Under the pieces are notes generated by a model. That model searched no databases. It saw only the letters and a program-made list of their open reading frames with translations, and was not told the origin of the DNA. The position numbers and the translations under genes are program-made. This document shows positions 1 to 8,397 of a stretch of 64,000 nt of DNA, in pieces (within the stretch, counting starts at the first letter, position 1; each line of letters starts with the position of its first letter). The stretch comes from a virus. Location: positions 1 to 64,000 of the IMG/VR virus record IMGVR_UViG_3300042568_000467. The stretch is one strand, 5' to 3'.

Positions 1-97
1 CAGCATAGCGTTGTTTCTCAATCTCTGCTACATCTGTATATTTAGCCTTATTTGCACAGTAATGGCAAATCTCTTTTTCGGTATTTTCGTTAGACAT
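1..97 (-). CDS. hypothetical protein with CxxC (partial, runs off left edge)
   Basis: ATG at 97, MSNENTEKEICHYCANK...; TGCTAGAAT -10 box upstream. Confidence 0.6.
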   Translation of the reverse strand, partial: MSNENTEKEICHYCANKAKYTDVAEIEKQRYA

Positions 98-142
98 TTA
101 TAAATCTACTCTTTCTCTTATATACCAATTCTAGCATATCTT

Positions 143-331
143 TTATGAAGAAGAGTCTTTAGTTCTTATCCAATGCCCGTATTTAGTAGGAGTTGGGGAG
201 CCTACATATTCCTGCCCCGTCTCCATATCGATCAGCTTCCATTTACCTGGAGCCTTAGTATGGACTATGAGATCAGTAGGAGCATCTAGCTCTTCTACCT
301 CAGTTCCGTATATGTTTAGTAATTTTCGCAA
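143..331 (-). CDS. hypothetical protein
   Basis: 62-aa ORF with TTG start, in the minus-strand gene array. Confidence 0.65.
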   Translation of the reverse strand: MRKLLNIYGTEVEELDAPTDLIVHTKAPGKWKLIDMETGQEYVGSPTPTKYGHWIRTKDSSS

Positions 332-345
332 ATGTCTTCTCTTCT

Positions 346-365
346 CGCCGCACTTTTTCGCACTA
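346..365 (-). repeat. start-associated motif copy 1 (TAGTGCGAAAAAGTGCGGCG)
   Basis: Near-identical to 1066-1087; both lie 12-14 nt upstream of a start codon. Confidence 0.5.
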
Positions 366-382
366 TATAGGTCCTATTAATC

Positions 383-547
383 TTATCTATTTCTACCAAA
401 GAATGGGGTTATATTACCCTTATAGTCATCATCATCCGACCACTTGCCTGTGCTGTAGCCTGCCTCTGACTTAGTCTCTAATTCTGGATCTTTATCAACA
501 TCTTCGCCAAAGTCTAGCCACTCTTCTAGGTTGTCTAGGAATCCCAT
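383..547 (-). CDS. small acidic hypothetical protein (54 aa)
   Basis: MGFLDNLEEWLDFGEDV...FFGRNR*, start overlaps the stop of the upstream gene; read manually. Confidence 0.6.
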   Translation of the reverse strand: MGFLDNLEEWLDFGEDVDKDPELETKSEAGYSTGKWSDDDDYKGNITPFFGRNR

Positions 548-810
548 CATACACCGACTTCCGTTTCTGAAAGTATATCCATTACTTCCCCTAATGTTTT
601 TTCTGGAGTATCGTGAAAATAGTAGGTTCCGTCATCTTTGATAGCCCATCCTCGCCAGCCGTCTTCCTCATCCCAGAATGATGAAACAATCTTCATAGAC
701 TCTGGATCATTAATAGTTCTAGTAATTGAGTTATAGAAATTAACCTCAGCAAAGATAGCTTCTCTTACTGGAGTCCACCAAAACAATCTGTTTATTAGCC
801 AATCAATCAT
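547..810 (-). CDS. hypothetical protein
   Basis: 87-aa ORF with overlapping start/stop junctions. Confidence 0.7.
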   Translation of the reverse strand: MIDWLINRLFWWTPVREAIFAEVNFYNSITRTINDPESMKIVSSFWDEEDGWRGWAIKDDGTYYFHDTPEKTLGEVMDILSETEVGV

Positions 811-938
811 ACTGCCACCTGAATTGGAATCATAACTTCACACCTTTCACAATACTCATAAGTCGATCCTGTAAATGGGCAGGTTCCTGCCTGGACCAAA
901 GCGTGTCCTTTTATTTTGCATTTAATCTTATTAATCAT
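807..938 (-). CDS. small Cys/His Zn-finger protein (DUF1660-like, 43 aa)
   Basis: MINKIKCKIKGH...CPF...CERC; the CxxxGH...CxRC pattern resembles DUF1660; ATGA overlap. Confidence 0.55.
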   Translation of the reverse strand: MINKIKCKIKGHALVQAGTCPFTGSTYEYCERCEVMIPIQVAV

Positions 939-1053
939 CTTCTTTTAACCTTTCAAGCAGTTCGGCATTCTCTTCAAATACCTGCTCTATTACACGCTTT
1001 AGACGCAATGATCTATCAAGATCATACTCTTCGTCAAATTCTGTGGAATTCAT
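931..1053 (-). CDS. small acidic hypothetical protein (40 aa)
   Basis: MNSTEFDEEYDLDRSLRLKRV...; fills the gap and overlaps the next start. Confidence 0.5.
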   Translation of the reverse strand: MNSTEFDEEYDLDRSLRLKRVIEQVFEENAELLERLKEDD

Positions 1054-1065
1054 CTCTCTACCTTC

Positions 1066-1087
1066 CGACGCACTTTTCGCTTCACTA
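1066..1087 (-). repeat. start-associated motif copy 2 (TAGTGAAGCGAAAAGTGCGTCG)
   Basis: Shares GCGAAAA(A)GTGCG.CG with 346-365. Confidence 0.5.
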
Positions 1088-1387
1088 ATTGCGTTCTAGT
1101 TTAGCCATAATATGTTTATGATTAATTAGAAGATACTTGTTAGATTGATCGTCCTCAATCTCCGTGCCTGTATGGTCTGGGAAATACACTACATCCCCAA
1201 TATCAAGCTCTGGGATAGGCATCAAGTCGCCTCTGTAGTTGACCTCTCCTGCTCCCATATCGACAATGGTTCCAATCTTGGGACCAGCATCATTAAATAC
1301 TGCAGATATAACTAAGCCAGACTGAGTAGTCTTTTCCTTATCTGTTTCTTTTGTTACTAATAGCATTCCACCAATTGGCTTAATCAT
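1085..1387 (-). CDS. groES: co-chaperonin GroES/Cpn10
   Basis: IKPIGGMLLV...KTTQSGLVI...GTIVDMGAG...GDVVYF...YLLINHKHIMA is the Cpn10 pattern; start moved to ATG 1387. Confidence 0.9.
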   Translation of the reverse strand: MIKPIGGMLLVTKETDKEKTTQSGLVISAVFNDAGPKIGTIVDMGAGEVNYRGDLMPIPELDIGDVVYFPDHTGTEIEDDQSNKYLLINHKHIMAKLERN

Positions 1388-1517
1388 CTTCATCTTCTTC
1401 CGTATCAAATAGGTCATAGTCTATATCTTTTAATTGACTAAGGCTGTTATATGCTGCAAAAGCAACTGCTGCAAGGGCTATGAGTAGCCCAACTAATGTA
1501 ATTGTTTTCTTGTTCAT
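1380..1517 (-). CDS. small membrane protein (45 aa)
   Basis: MNKKTITLVGLLIALAAVAFAAY plus acidic tail; coupled to both neighbours. Confidence 0.6.
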   Translation of the reverse strand: MNKKTITLVGLLIALAAVAFAAYNSLSQLKDIDYDLFDTEEDEDD

Positions 1518-1744
1518 AGTGGTATCTCGTTTACCTTTTCTTTAGACCAGTGTATGTATGATCTAATATACACAATAGCGTAGGCTATTGCTGAGAATAT
1601 AAATCCATATTGTTTGGTAATTAAAGCGTAGGTAATCCATAGGATCTCATTGAATAGAAGGACTAACCATCCCCATATTGTTTTCCGCCCAACAAAGTAT
1701 ATGCCAGCTACTCCAATTATTGCTAGTATCCATGACCATGCCAT
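1514..1744 (-). CDS. PnuC-like 3-TM membrane protein
   Basis: Three hydrophobic helices with RK..WGW...NEILWI and YIHW, resembling one PnuC repeat. Confidence 0.6.
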   Translation of the reverse strand: MAWSWILAIIGVAGIYFVGRKTIWGWLVLLFNEILWITYALITKQYGFIFSAIAYAIVYIRSYIHWSKEKVNEIPL

Positions 1745-1746
1745 TG

Positions 1747-1977
1747 CTATTCCTCAAATGATGTCTGTGTAGTTGGAAGAAGACTTTTGTATCTTCTTTC
1801 CCATGTTTCTGCTCTTAATTCTGCATCTCTCCATTTAGAATGTAACATCTGTTCCGAATCTTGAGATTCATTTAATTTGTTATACATATCAGAAAGCTTG
1901 TTTTCTGATTCTGGAGAAGATTTCCCAATAGTCATACCAACTAAAAAGAAACCTAAATTTAATAGAATATCCCACAT
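1747..1977 (-). CDS. hypothetical protein (N-terminal TM, coiled coil)
   Basis: 76-aa ORF with GAGG RBS and its own promoter. Confidence 0.7.
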   Translation of the reverse strand: MWDILLNLGFFLVGMTIGKSSPESENKLSDMYNKLNESQDSEQMLHSKWRDAELRAETWERRYKSLLPTTQTSFEE

Positions 1978-2001
1978 ATCCGCCTCTTTCTCTACTACCT
2001 A

Positions 2002-2031
2002 ATTATATAGGAGAGTCCAGGACTTTGTCAA
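2002..2031 (-). promoter_or_regulatory. sigma70/SigA-type promoter
   Basis: TTGACA-N18-TATAAT. Confidence 0.7.
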
Positions 2032-2089
2032 TAGCATCGTCTATTGTGTTGGTATGTTCTTTAGAACATGATCCACATTCTTTGCACAT
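2003..2089 (-). CDS. CxxC micro-protein (28 aa)
   Basis: MCKECGSCSKEH...; GGAG RBS upstream. Confidence 0.5.
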   Translation of the reverse strand: MCKECGSCSKEHTNTIDDAIDKVLDSPI

Positions 2090-2105
2090 AATTCTCCAAT
2101 AAAGA

Positions 2106-2140
2106 TCCCCACCAGCCCTAATAGTAGGGCTTAGTGGGGA
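2106..2140 (-). terminator. putative intrinsic terminator
   Basis: TCCCCACTAAGCCCTA-CTAT-TAGGGCTGGTGGGGA followed by TCTTTATT. Confidence 0.6.
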
Positions 2141-2148
2141 ATATTTAA

Positions 2149-2364
2149 TTAAACCTTCTTTGGTTTTGTTTTCTTTTGACCAAGTACGGTTTCTCTGCGA
2201 ATGCCGTGCTTGTTTCTGTCAATCTTAGTCGGTGGCTTTGGGCCAGAAAAACCAGATTTAAACTTTCCCTGTGAAGGATTTTTTCTTGTTGCTTCTTGTG
2301 AAGTTACTGCGCCAGATGGTTGATTATTTGGCGGAGTATCCATACCAGTGCCATTATTACTCAT
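2149..2364 (-). CDS. basic low-complexity hypothetical protein
   Basis: 71-aa Pro/Lys-rich ORF. Confidence 0.65.
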   Translation of the reverse strand: MSNNGTGMDTPPNNQPSGAVTSQEATRKNPSQGKFKSGFSGPKPPTKIDRNKHGIRRETVLGQKKTKPKKV

Positions 2365-2512
2365 TAATAAAGTTTTCTCTTTGTTCTGGAGTTGCAGTCA
2401 TGTTTAGTGTTAGTCCTGCTTCTCCATCCCTAGAAACATCTAATATGCCTCCTGGGATATTTGCAATACCAGTCTCGCTTCCGAGTGATTCACATCCGCA
2501 CTCTACGCACAT
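2357..2512 (-). CDS. small CxxCxC protein (51 aa)
   Basis: MCVECGCESLG...; ATG 2512 directly follows the upstream stop. Confidence 0.6.
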   Translation of the reverse strand: MCVECGCESLGSETGIANIPGGILDVSRDGEAGLTLNMTATPEQRENFINE

Positions 2513-2513
2513 G

Positions 2514-2678
2514 TTACTTACCGTTGTTTCCGAGCCCTGCGCCATCCTGAGATGAAACATCCTTAGCTGCTGGGAATGATCCAGTTGCTGGTGAATAATC
2601 TCCAGTTGCGTTGATGTCATTTGTTCCTGCTGGCTTGCGATTTGCTGTAAAGCCATCCAAGTTGATACCGTCTGTCAT
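2514..2678 (-). CDS. small Gly/Ala/Asn-rich protein (54 aa)
   Basis: MTDGINLDGFTANRKPAGTN...GNNGK*; strong AGGAGA RBS; absent from the ORF track. Confidence 0.7.
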   Translation of the reverse strand: MTDGINLDGFTANRKPAGTNDINATGDYSPATGSFPAAKDVSSQDGAGLGNNGK

Positions 2679-2734
2679 TTTATTTCTCCTATAGGTTTGT
2701 ATTTAGATGGGTCTAGAATACCATCTATTAAAGA

Positions 2735-2744
2735 TATTATAGCA
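2735..2744 (-). promoter_or_regulatory. extended -10 promoter
   Basis: TGCTATAAT followed by a TAGATGG/CCATCTA 5' hairpin and an RBS. Confidence 0.6.
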
Positions 2745-2767
2745 TTTTTTCTTAGAAGAAGCACAAT

Positions 2768-3382
2768 CTACCTAATAGAATAGAAGGATATGAGGTTTAC
2801 CCTGTGCCCAGAAGTAATTTTTGTAACCTCATGTGGCAAGGTGTCGTCTCCAATAAAGCATATAAATGTGCCCTTCTTTGGCTTCAAAGATATGTTCTCG
2901 TTTGGGAACTGTAAAAGACCGCCCTCGTAGTCATCGTTTAGGTATAGCAGGCCAGAGTGATCGTTTACTTGATCATCTAGCCAGTTGTCGTGATGAAGCT
3001 TGTTTTCAGCTCCAGAACGCATATAGCAATACATCATATGCTTGAGATAAATATCTTTTTTAAATATATTTGCCACTGCTTTTTCCTGTAAAAGAGCAGC
3101 CCCTGTTAATAAATCTTTAGCCAGGTCATTATATCCGTCATATGGAAGCATCTTATTGGTTGCAGATATCTCTTCTTTTCTATGAGAATAAGTATATGCT
3201 GGACCAGCAGACATACCCTTTCCCCAAAAATCTTTACTGGATCCAGCAGAATAATCTCCAGACCCATTCTCCCAGCTAGGACTATCCACTAGGTTTTTAG
3301 AAAAACTATCTGATAAAAAATCACACGTTTCGGGTGATAGAAAGTTTTCCATAACAAATATCTTATTTGCTAATATTTGCAT
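2768..3382 (-). CDS. 2OG-Fe(II) oxygenase (prolyl-4-hydroxylase-like)
   Basis: HHD...LYLNDDYEGG...HEV...G.R triad and 2OG-binding Arg. Confidence 0.85.
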   Translation of the reverse strand: MQILANKIFVMENFLSPETCDFLSDSFSKNLVDSPSWENGSGDYSAGSSKDFWGKGMSAGPAYTYSHRKEEISATNKMLPYDGYNDLAKDLLTGAALLQEKAVANIFKKDIYLKHMMYCYMRSGAENKLHHDNWLDDQVNDHSGLLYLNDDYEGGLLQFPNENISLKPKKGTFICFIGDDTLPHEVTKITSGHRVNLISFYSIR

Positions 3383-4001
3383 TGTCCGCTAAATACCCTT
3401 CTGGTTCATAAAAAGTAATAAAAGCATGTCTTTCTCCATCAGTAACCTTTTTTACTTCATGTGGTTTATTTAAATCTCCTTCAAAAAATATTAGGTCTCC
3501 TATTTCTGGTTTAACTAATAGGTTTTGATTAGGAAAAAATAATTCTCCCCCAACATAATTATCGTTTAAATATAAAATTGCAGATTTATCAAAAGCAAAC
3601 TCTGGGTTAATGACGGGTTCATTATTATCATTAATCATATAGTTGTCTGTGTGAGTTGGATTTGAGGAACCAGTTTTCATACAACTGAAGAACCAATTCT
3701 TAACTTGATGTTTGCCTTTAAAATAATCACTAACTAATTCATTAATTGAAAAAAGAATGAATGTTGATATGTCTATGGCTATGTTGTAGTTTCCGCTCTG
3801 GCCATATCCAAAAACAATTCCTGGGTTGCTTAATTTTGAACCAGAAAGTCCACCATAAACCTCAAAAGCATTTGTTTTATTTAACGTATTTATTGGATCA
3901 GAGCTTAAATATTTTGATAAAGTTTCCGCAGTTTCTTTAGATATATATTGTTTTATATAATATACACCTTTTGAGATTTCCTTAACTTCTTTTTTGATCA
4001 T
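3363..4001 (-). CDS. 2OG-Fe(II) oxygenase (prolyl-4-hydroxylase-like)
   Basis: HTD...LYLNDNYVGGEL...HEV...GER. Confidence 0.85.
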   Translation of the reverse strand: MIKKEVKEISKGVYYIKQYISKETAETLSKYLSSDPINTLNKTNAFEVYGGLSGSKLSNPGIVFGYGQSGNYNIAIDISTFILFSINELVSDYFKGKHQVKNWFFSCMKTGSSNPTHTDNYMINDNNEPVINPEFAFDKSAILYLNDNYVGGELFFPNQNLLVKPEIGDLIFFEGDLNKPHEVKKVTDGERHAFITFYEPEGYLADNANISK

Positions 4002-4120
4002 TTCCTGTATCTATCGTGCCAGCATTTTTCACAAACAACTACATACTTTGTTTCTGTACTTGTGATACGAGTTGCCTTATTAGAGCAACCCGCCATCTCA
4101 CATATATCTTCTAAGTTCAT
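3998..4120 (-). CDS. small Zn-finger protein (40 aa)
   Basis: MNLEDICEMAGC...CEKCW; coupled to both neighbours. Confidence 0.55.
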   Translation of the reverse strand: MNLEDICEMAGCSNKATRITSTETKYVVVCEKCWHDRYRK

Positions 4121-4308
4121 TACTTCTTTTTAGTTGTCTTTTTAACTGTCTTTTTTACAGGCTTCTTTGCTGGAGCCTTTTTCTTAGGTGCCTGCTTCTT
4201 TGCAACCTTCTTCTTAGGTGCTGACACTTGCTTTTCATTTGCTGAATCTGATGCAACAATAGTCTTTACCTGTTGCTCAAGGATCCATAGTCTTAGTTTA
4301 TTAAACAT
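4120..4308 (-). CDS. Lys/Ala-rich histone H1-like protein
   Basis: C-terminal APKKK/PAKK/VKKT repeats. Confidence 0.6.
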   Translation of the reverse strand: MFNKLRLWILEQQVKTIVASDSANEKQVSAPKKKVAKKQAPKKKAPAKKPVKKTVKKTTKKK

Positions 4309-4434
4309 TTACTGCCTTTCTATTTTTCTAACGATGTATCTAATAACTTCGTTAGGCTTCCATTCATATGGTAATTCTAAATACCTAATTTCGTCTGCTA
4401 TTTTTTCTCTTATAGCATCTTCTATGTATTCCAT
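4309..4434 (-). CDS. small hypothetical protein (41 aa), probably leaderless
   Basis: MEYIEDAIREKIADEI...; TGCTAGAAT ends 6 nt before the ATG. Confidence 0.55.
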   Translation of the reverse strand: MEYIEDAIREKIADEIRYLELPYEWKPNEVIRYIVRKIERQ

Positions 4435-4461
4435 AAGTATATTCTAGCATTTATATGTCAA

Positions 4462-4485
4462 TGGGGCAAGGTTTCCCCTGCCCCA
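4462..4485 (-). terminator. terminator-like hairpin
   Basis: TGGGGCAGGG-GAAA-CCTTGCCCCA directly after the 342-aa gene; U-tract is weak. Confidence 0.6.
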
Positions 4486-4501
4486 CGAACAATATAAAGA
4501 A

Positions 4502-5530
4502 TTACTTCTTTAGCTTGACCTTAGCACGTGGATTCTTTGCATTCCACTTCTTTGCTAGAGCATTATACTCTGCAATGTAGGTGGCCTTAGCAAGATCTGC
4601 TGCTGCCTTATCGGTTGCAAGCTTAGCTGCTGCATCTGCGATAGCTTTATCTGATGCTAGCTTGTCTGCTGCACGTCCAGCCTTTTCTGCTGCAAGTTCT
4701 GCGTTAGCGATTGCTAGTCGTGATGTAACTGATGCAAGCTCTCCTGCAAGATCACGAACTGCAACTGTTGCAACAACAGAACCTACTGGTGCTGCTAAGC
4801 CTGTTACGGCTGATGCTACTGTTGCGTATGCTGTAACAGTAACTGAACCAGAAGCAGGAAGTGTAATTGTTTGTTCCTTTGTTCCAATTGTTGCTGTTGC
4901 TGTATCTGTTACAAGTGCTGTTGCTGTTGCAATACCATTTGAAGATACTAGAGTATTAATTGTTACACCGCTCTTTGGGTTACCAAATACGTCAAATGCA
5001 GATACCTTAAGGACCTGTGATGTACCTGCTGCACCTGATGCTGGAGCAGATAGTGTAATAGAGTTTGCTGTTGCTGCTGAGTTTGAACCCTGCACATAGT
5101 AAACTGTTGTAGTTCCAGCACGAGTAATTGCTACTGTTCCTACTGCTGTAGACTTAGTGTATACAAAAAAGTCTGCTGCTGTTCCAGTTCCAGTTGCAAT
5201 TGAAAGTGTTGATGTTCCATTTGAAGCAGTTACTGGTGCTGTTGATGTTGCTAGAGCAGGAACAATTGTTGCATTAGTTGCAACTGCTGTTACTGATGTT
5301 CCAGTATCAACGCCTGTTACGGCAATCTTCAATGCATCTGCTGCATCGATACTGTTATCTGCTGGGACTGGCAATGAAACAGGAGTTGTTGCTACTGTTC
5401 CACCTGTTGCTGCAGATCCCGCTACCGTTAGGGTAACAGTTCCAGCATTAGCCTGAGCTGCTGGCGATACAAGCATTGTGCTAGTCAGGGCTGCAGCGAT
5501 GATTAGCGATACTTTCTTAAATGACTTCAT
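4502..5530 (-). CDS. secreted Ala/Thr/Val-rich surface protein (Ig-like/S-layer-like) with C-terminal coiled coil
   Basis: Signal peptide MKSFKKVSLIIAAAL...AQA; beta-rich body with DVFGNPKSGVTI; strong AAGGAG RBS. Confidence 0.7.
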   Translation of the reverse strand: MKSFKKVSLIIAAALTSTMLVSPAAQANAGTVTLTVAGSAATGGTVATTPVSLPVPADNSIDAADALKIAVTGVDTGTSVTAVATNATIVPALATSTAPVTASNGTSTLSIATGTGTAADFFVYTKSTAVGTVAITRAGTTTVYYVQGSNSAATANSITLSAPASGAAGTSQVLKVSAFDVFGNPKSGVTINTLVSSNGIATATALVTDTATATIGTKEQTITLPASGSVTVTAYATVASAVTGLAAPVGSVVATVAVRDLAGELASVTSRLAIANAELAAEKAGRAADKLASDKAIADAAAKLATDKAAADLAKATYIAEYNALAKKWNAKNPRAKVKLKK

Positions 5531-5577
5531 TTATTTTTTTCTCCTTAATTTATCCACCTCTAGATGAGCGTGGAATT

Positions 5578-5811
5578 CTATTTTGTGTACGAGTTCCGCC
5601 ATTGTGACGGAGAGTGGCTCTCTTCGATACTTTTTTTCATTTCAATGTCTTCGTACATTCGAACAATATGAATGCATGGATCCTGACCTTCATCAAAATC
5701 CCTGTCTTCTTGTTCAGACATTGGTAGTCCGTCATGTGTAGAACATACAGGTGGTCCGCACCAACCTTTTTCTATGCCGTATGTAATCCATTCATTAAAT
5801 GTTAGATCCAT
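5578..5811 (-). CDS. hypothetical protein (Cys/His)
   Basis: WCGPPVCSTHDG...PCIH. Confidence 0.7.
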   Translation of the reverse strand: MDLTFNEWITYGIEKGWCGPPVCSTHDGLPMSEQEDRDFDEGQDPCIHIVRMYEDIEMKKSIEESHSPSQWRNSYTK

Positions 5812-6104
5812 TCCGATAGCTCCTTTAAAAGAACGTGCTTAGGTTTTGCGCCAAGCACTGTGTGGACTGGGTTTCCATCCTTAAATAATACCATAGTTGG
5901 TATCGAGTGTACAGAGTATTCCTGAGTTTTTTCTGGATGTTCATCAATATTTAACTTACCAATTAGCAAGCCAGTCTCTTCAGAGATTTCATCTAATATT
6001 GGAGAAACTCTTTTACATGGACCACACCAATCAGCCCAGAAATCTATAAGGACTAAGCTGTTAGACTCAATAACTTGAGCAAAACTTTGGTCTGTTACTA
6101 TCAA
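5802..6104 (-). CDS. trxA: thioredoxin
   Basis: DFWADWCGPCK...SIPT. Confidence 0.95.
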   Translation of the reverse strand: MIVTDQSFAQVIESNSLVLIDFWADWCGPCKRVSPILDEISEETGLLIGKLNIDEHPEKTQEYSVHSIPTMVLFKDGNPVHTVLGAKPKHVLLKELSEWI

Positions 6105-6313
6105 TTTTTGTCCTTAAGGTCATCTGCTGCTTCATTAAACTTATCCATAAACATTTTAACTACAAAATATGTAGACTCTGTAGCATTCTTATTTAAATTA
6201 GAGATAGTTTCTTCTGATTGTTGGTCCTCAGGAAGAGCATTAGCCCATTTTTGAAAAAGGGCCTTTGCTACATCTTGTACGATAGACTCAAGCACTGTCA
6301 TTTGCTTATCCAT
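6101..6313 (-). CDS. hypothetical protein
   Basis: 70-aa coupled ORF. Confidence 0.65.
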   Translation of the reverse strand: MDKQMTVLESIVQDVAKALFQKWANALPEDQQSEETISNLNKNATESTYFVVKMFMDKFNEAADDLKDKN

Positions 6314-7241
6314 TGATTGCCTTACTTAGGTCAAACAGGTTGCCAAACGAGTTTGGGAACTTCTTGCCCCTGTTAATTTTAACAGAAGTCTTATGGATTA
6401 AGTCAGAAATTTGCTTAACCGTATACTGTGGATAAGTTTGCTTTAATGTAAGCCATTGTGCTGCTGCAATTTGAGCAGAGACAGAGGTTCCAGCAGCATT
6501 TCTAACAATATTTCCTGGCACTGTAACTCTTGCGTTACCGACAGAATAGAAATCTGTTAGAGATTGGTCAGAGTTACTAATTAGATCAATTCCGTTTCTA
6601 GAACCAGATCCAATAGCAAAGGATTCTGGTATGCAAGATGGCCAGTCAATTCTTGAATAGTCACGACCATTTCCTGTAGGGAAAAAGGTTGGAATATCAA
6701 CAGACAATAGGTTCTTAATTGATTGCTGTGTAGTTGGGGTAGACGGACAGTAGTTTTGTCCTGATGCTCTAGTAGAGTCTCCCATAGACATAGACACTGC
6801 CTTAATATTAAATTTATCTTTATTGGCATACACCCAGTCTAAAGCAGAATAAACTGTTTTTTCTGTTGTAATTTGTCTGTCACCATTAACATTCTGCCCG
6901 ATAATTCTAACAAAAACTATGTTCATGTTTGGATTTGCAGAAATTGCTGCAGAAGCCATTTGAGTTCCATGATCAAATCCGTTTTTTGTAATAGATGCTA
7001 AAGGCAAGAAAGCTGATCCTGGACCTTCCATAAAAGATTTTCCATTAGGACAGGTTGTCCACTCTAGTATACAAACCTCATATACAAGTTTTTCTTTAAT
7101 AGCTGGGATAGAAGTGTCTAACGCAGTATCAAGAATTGCAAGGGTCGGAGCCGATACGGTCCTGTTCTTTACGTTTGCATGCGATATTGATGGTATAGAT
7201 AGTGTAAGGGCAATTAGGCCCACTAGTATTTTTTTATTCAT
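6306..7241 (-). CDS. secreted subtilisin-like serine protease (S8)
   Basis: Signal peptide; triad motifs AILDT, HGTQMA, GTSVSA; oxyanion TGN. Confidence 0.85.
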   Translation of the reverse strand: MNKKILVGLIALTLSIPSISHANVKNRTVSAPTLAILDTALDTSIPAIKEKLVYEVCILEWTTCPNGKSFMEGPGSAFLPLASITKNGFDHGTQMASAAISANPNMNIVFVRIIGQNVNGDRQITTEKTVYSALDWVYANKDKFNIKAVSMSMGDSTRASGQNYCPSTPTTQQSIKNLLSVDIPTFFPTGNGRDYSRIDWPSCIPESFAIGSGSRNGIDLISNSDQSLTDFYSVGNARVTVPGNIVRNAAGTSVSAQIAAAQWLTLKQTYPQYTVKQISDLIHKTSVKINRGKKFPNSFGNLFDLSKAING

Positions 7242-7248
7242 AGACTAT

Positions 7249-7277
7249 ATAATACTAAATACAAGAAGGATTGTCAA
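7249..7277 (-). promoter_or_regulatory. promoter for a leaderless transcript
   Basis: TTGACA-N17-TATTAT-N7-ATG. Confidence 0.7.
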
Positions 7278-7281
7278 TAGC

Positions 7282-7452
7282 CTACTTATCTTTATTTAAT
7301 TTAGCGTTATACCACTTACCAGCGTCCATTTCTGGACCCGTGACTTTATTTTCATCTAATAAAAGTCTAACTGCTGTGTTTAAATATTCTATCTGAAATT
7401 GCATTCTTAGCATTTCCATTTCAAGCAGTCTAATTCTGTCTGATTTTCTCAC
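7282..7452 (-). CDS. hypothetical protein
   Basis: Probable GTG start overlapping the upstream TGA; short coiled coil. Confidence 0.6.
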   Translation of the reverse strand: MRKSDRIRLLEMEMLRMQFQIEYLNTAVRLLLDENKVTGPEMDAGKWYNAKLNKDK

Positions 7453-7775
7453 TCTGTTATCTCTCTGTCTAATGGAGTAGGGGCTGTCAATAAAGCTCCA
7501 CACTCAACGCACTGCATATCTAAAAAATAAGTTGCAATCTCATAATCGTCAAAGATAGCCCTTACATAAAAATGAATTGATCCACAAACACAAGCGTGAG
7601 TAGGAGTTCCACGCAAGTCTACTGGATTAGAGACAGGGTTTTCCTGCTCTTGCCTAGCCTCTTCTATATCATTTTTATCAAATACCAAAACGTCGTATCT
7701 GTTAAAAAACTCTCTTACAACCCCAATACCAATTAATCCAATTAGGGTAGCTGCTAAACGATTAACCCATTTCAT
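7449..7775 (-). CDS. membrane-anchored Zn-ribbon protein
   Basis: N-terminal TM, CVCG and CVECG; TATAAT-N6-ATG. Confidence 0.7.
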   Translation of the reverse strand: MKWVNRLAATLIGLIGIGVVREFFNRYDVLVFDKNDIEEARQEQENPVSNPVDLRGTPTHACVCGSIHFYVRAIFDDYEIATYFLDMQCVECGALLTAPTPLDREITE

Positions 7776-7789
7776 AAATCTATTATACT

Positions 7790-8356
7790 CTAGACTTCTA
7801 TAATTGTAAAGGGAGGCCTTACGCTCATATTAAACTTTGCTGCAGCTTCTAAAGCCATTCTAACACGCTTGCGTGGAGTCTTTATTAATCCAGTTGAAAA
7901 CAATGAACCAAGTGCTAGTTCCTGCCCAGCACCTTCAGCCATGTATTGAACATCTGCTTCGCCTATATGAAAGTCTGAATCCATTGTAAAAATTCTTCCA
8001 GCGCCTTGAACTGCTATTAAAAATATTCCGCCTTCATCGCCGTCTTCAGTTCCAGATCCAAAGTTTCCGTAACCGTGTTCTTTAAATGAATCTTTAATTG
8101 ACTCTACAAATTTTGTTCTTATAAATTTATCTAAGTTTCTGAATCCAGCAGTTGGTTTGTAAACTGGTGGTGTCCAGTCATATTGCAAAATTTGTCCCAT
8201 TCTAAAACTATCAACAAATCCTATTCCGAACTGACCTACTTTAAAAACTTTTGGGTCTGTGCGCTGAAAAATTAATCCAGACTTATCATCTGATGCAGCA
8301 GCATCGCCCCCCAAGAGGACTTTATTTTCATGGATTAGAGCTACTATGCAGGTCAT
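7790..8356 (-). CDS. HslV/proteasome-beta-like Ntn hydrolase
   Basis: N-terminal M-T-C-I-V, GGD, PKVF, GAG..LALGSL, ALEAA. Confidence 0.75.
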   Translation of the reverse strand: MTCIVALIHENKVLLGGDAAASDDKSGLIFQRTDPKVFKVGQFGIGFVDSFRMGQILQYDWTPPVYKPTAGFRNLDKFIRTKFVESIKDSFKEHGYGNFGSGTEDGDEGGIFLIAVQGAGRIFTMDSDFHIGEADVQYMAEGAGQELALGSLFSTGLIKTPRKRVRMALEAAAKFNMSVRPPFTIIEV

Positions 8357-8363
8357 ATAACCT

Positions 8364-8392
8364 AGTATACTATTTTAAAATTCGATGTGCAA
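8364..8392 (-). promoter_or_regulatory. promoter for a leaderless transcript
   Basis: TTGCAC-N17-TATACT-N7-ATG. Confidence 0.65.
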
Positions 8393-8397
8393 GTAGG

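Noticed and set aside
2357-2656. 99-aa ORF as given in the track
   Set aside because: Its 5' half overlaps a better 54-aa ORF with a strong RBS; the likely start is ATG 2512
4441-4461. TTGACA at 4456-4461 as the -35 for TAGAAT
   Set aside because: Only 9-nt spacing; the promoter is better read as an extended -10
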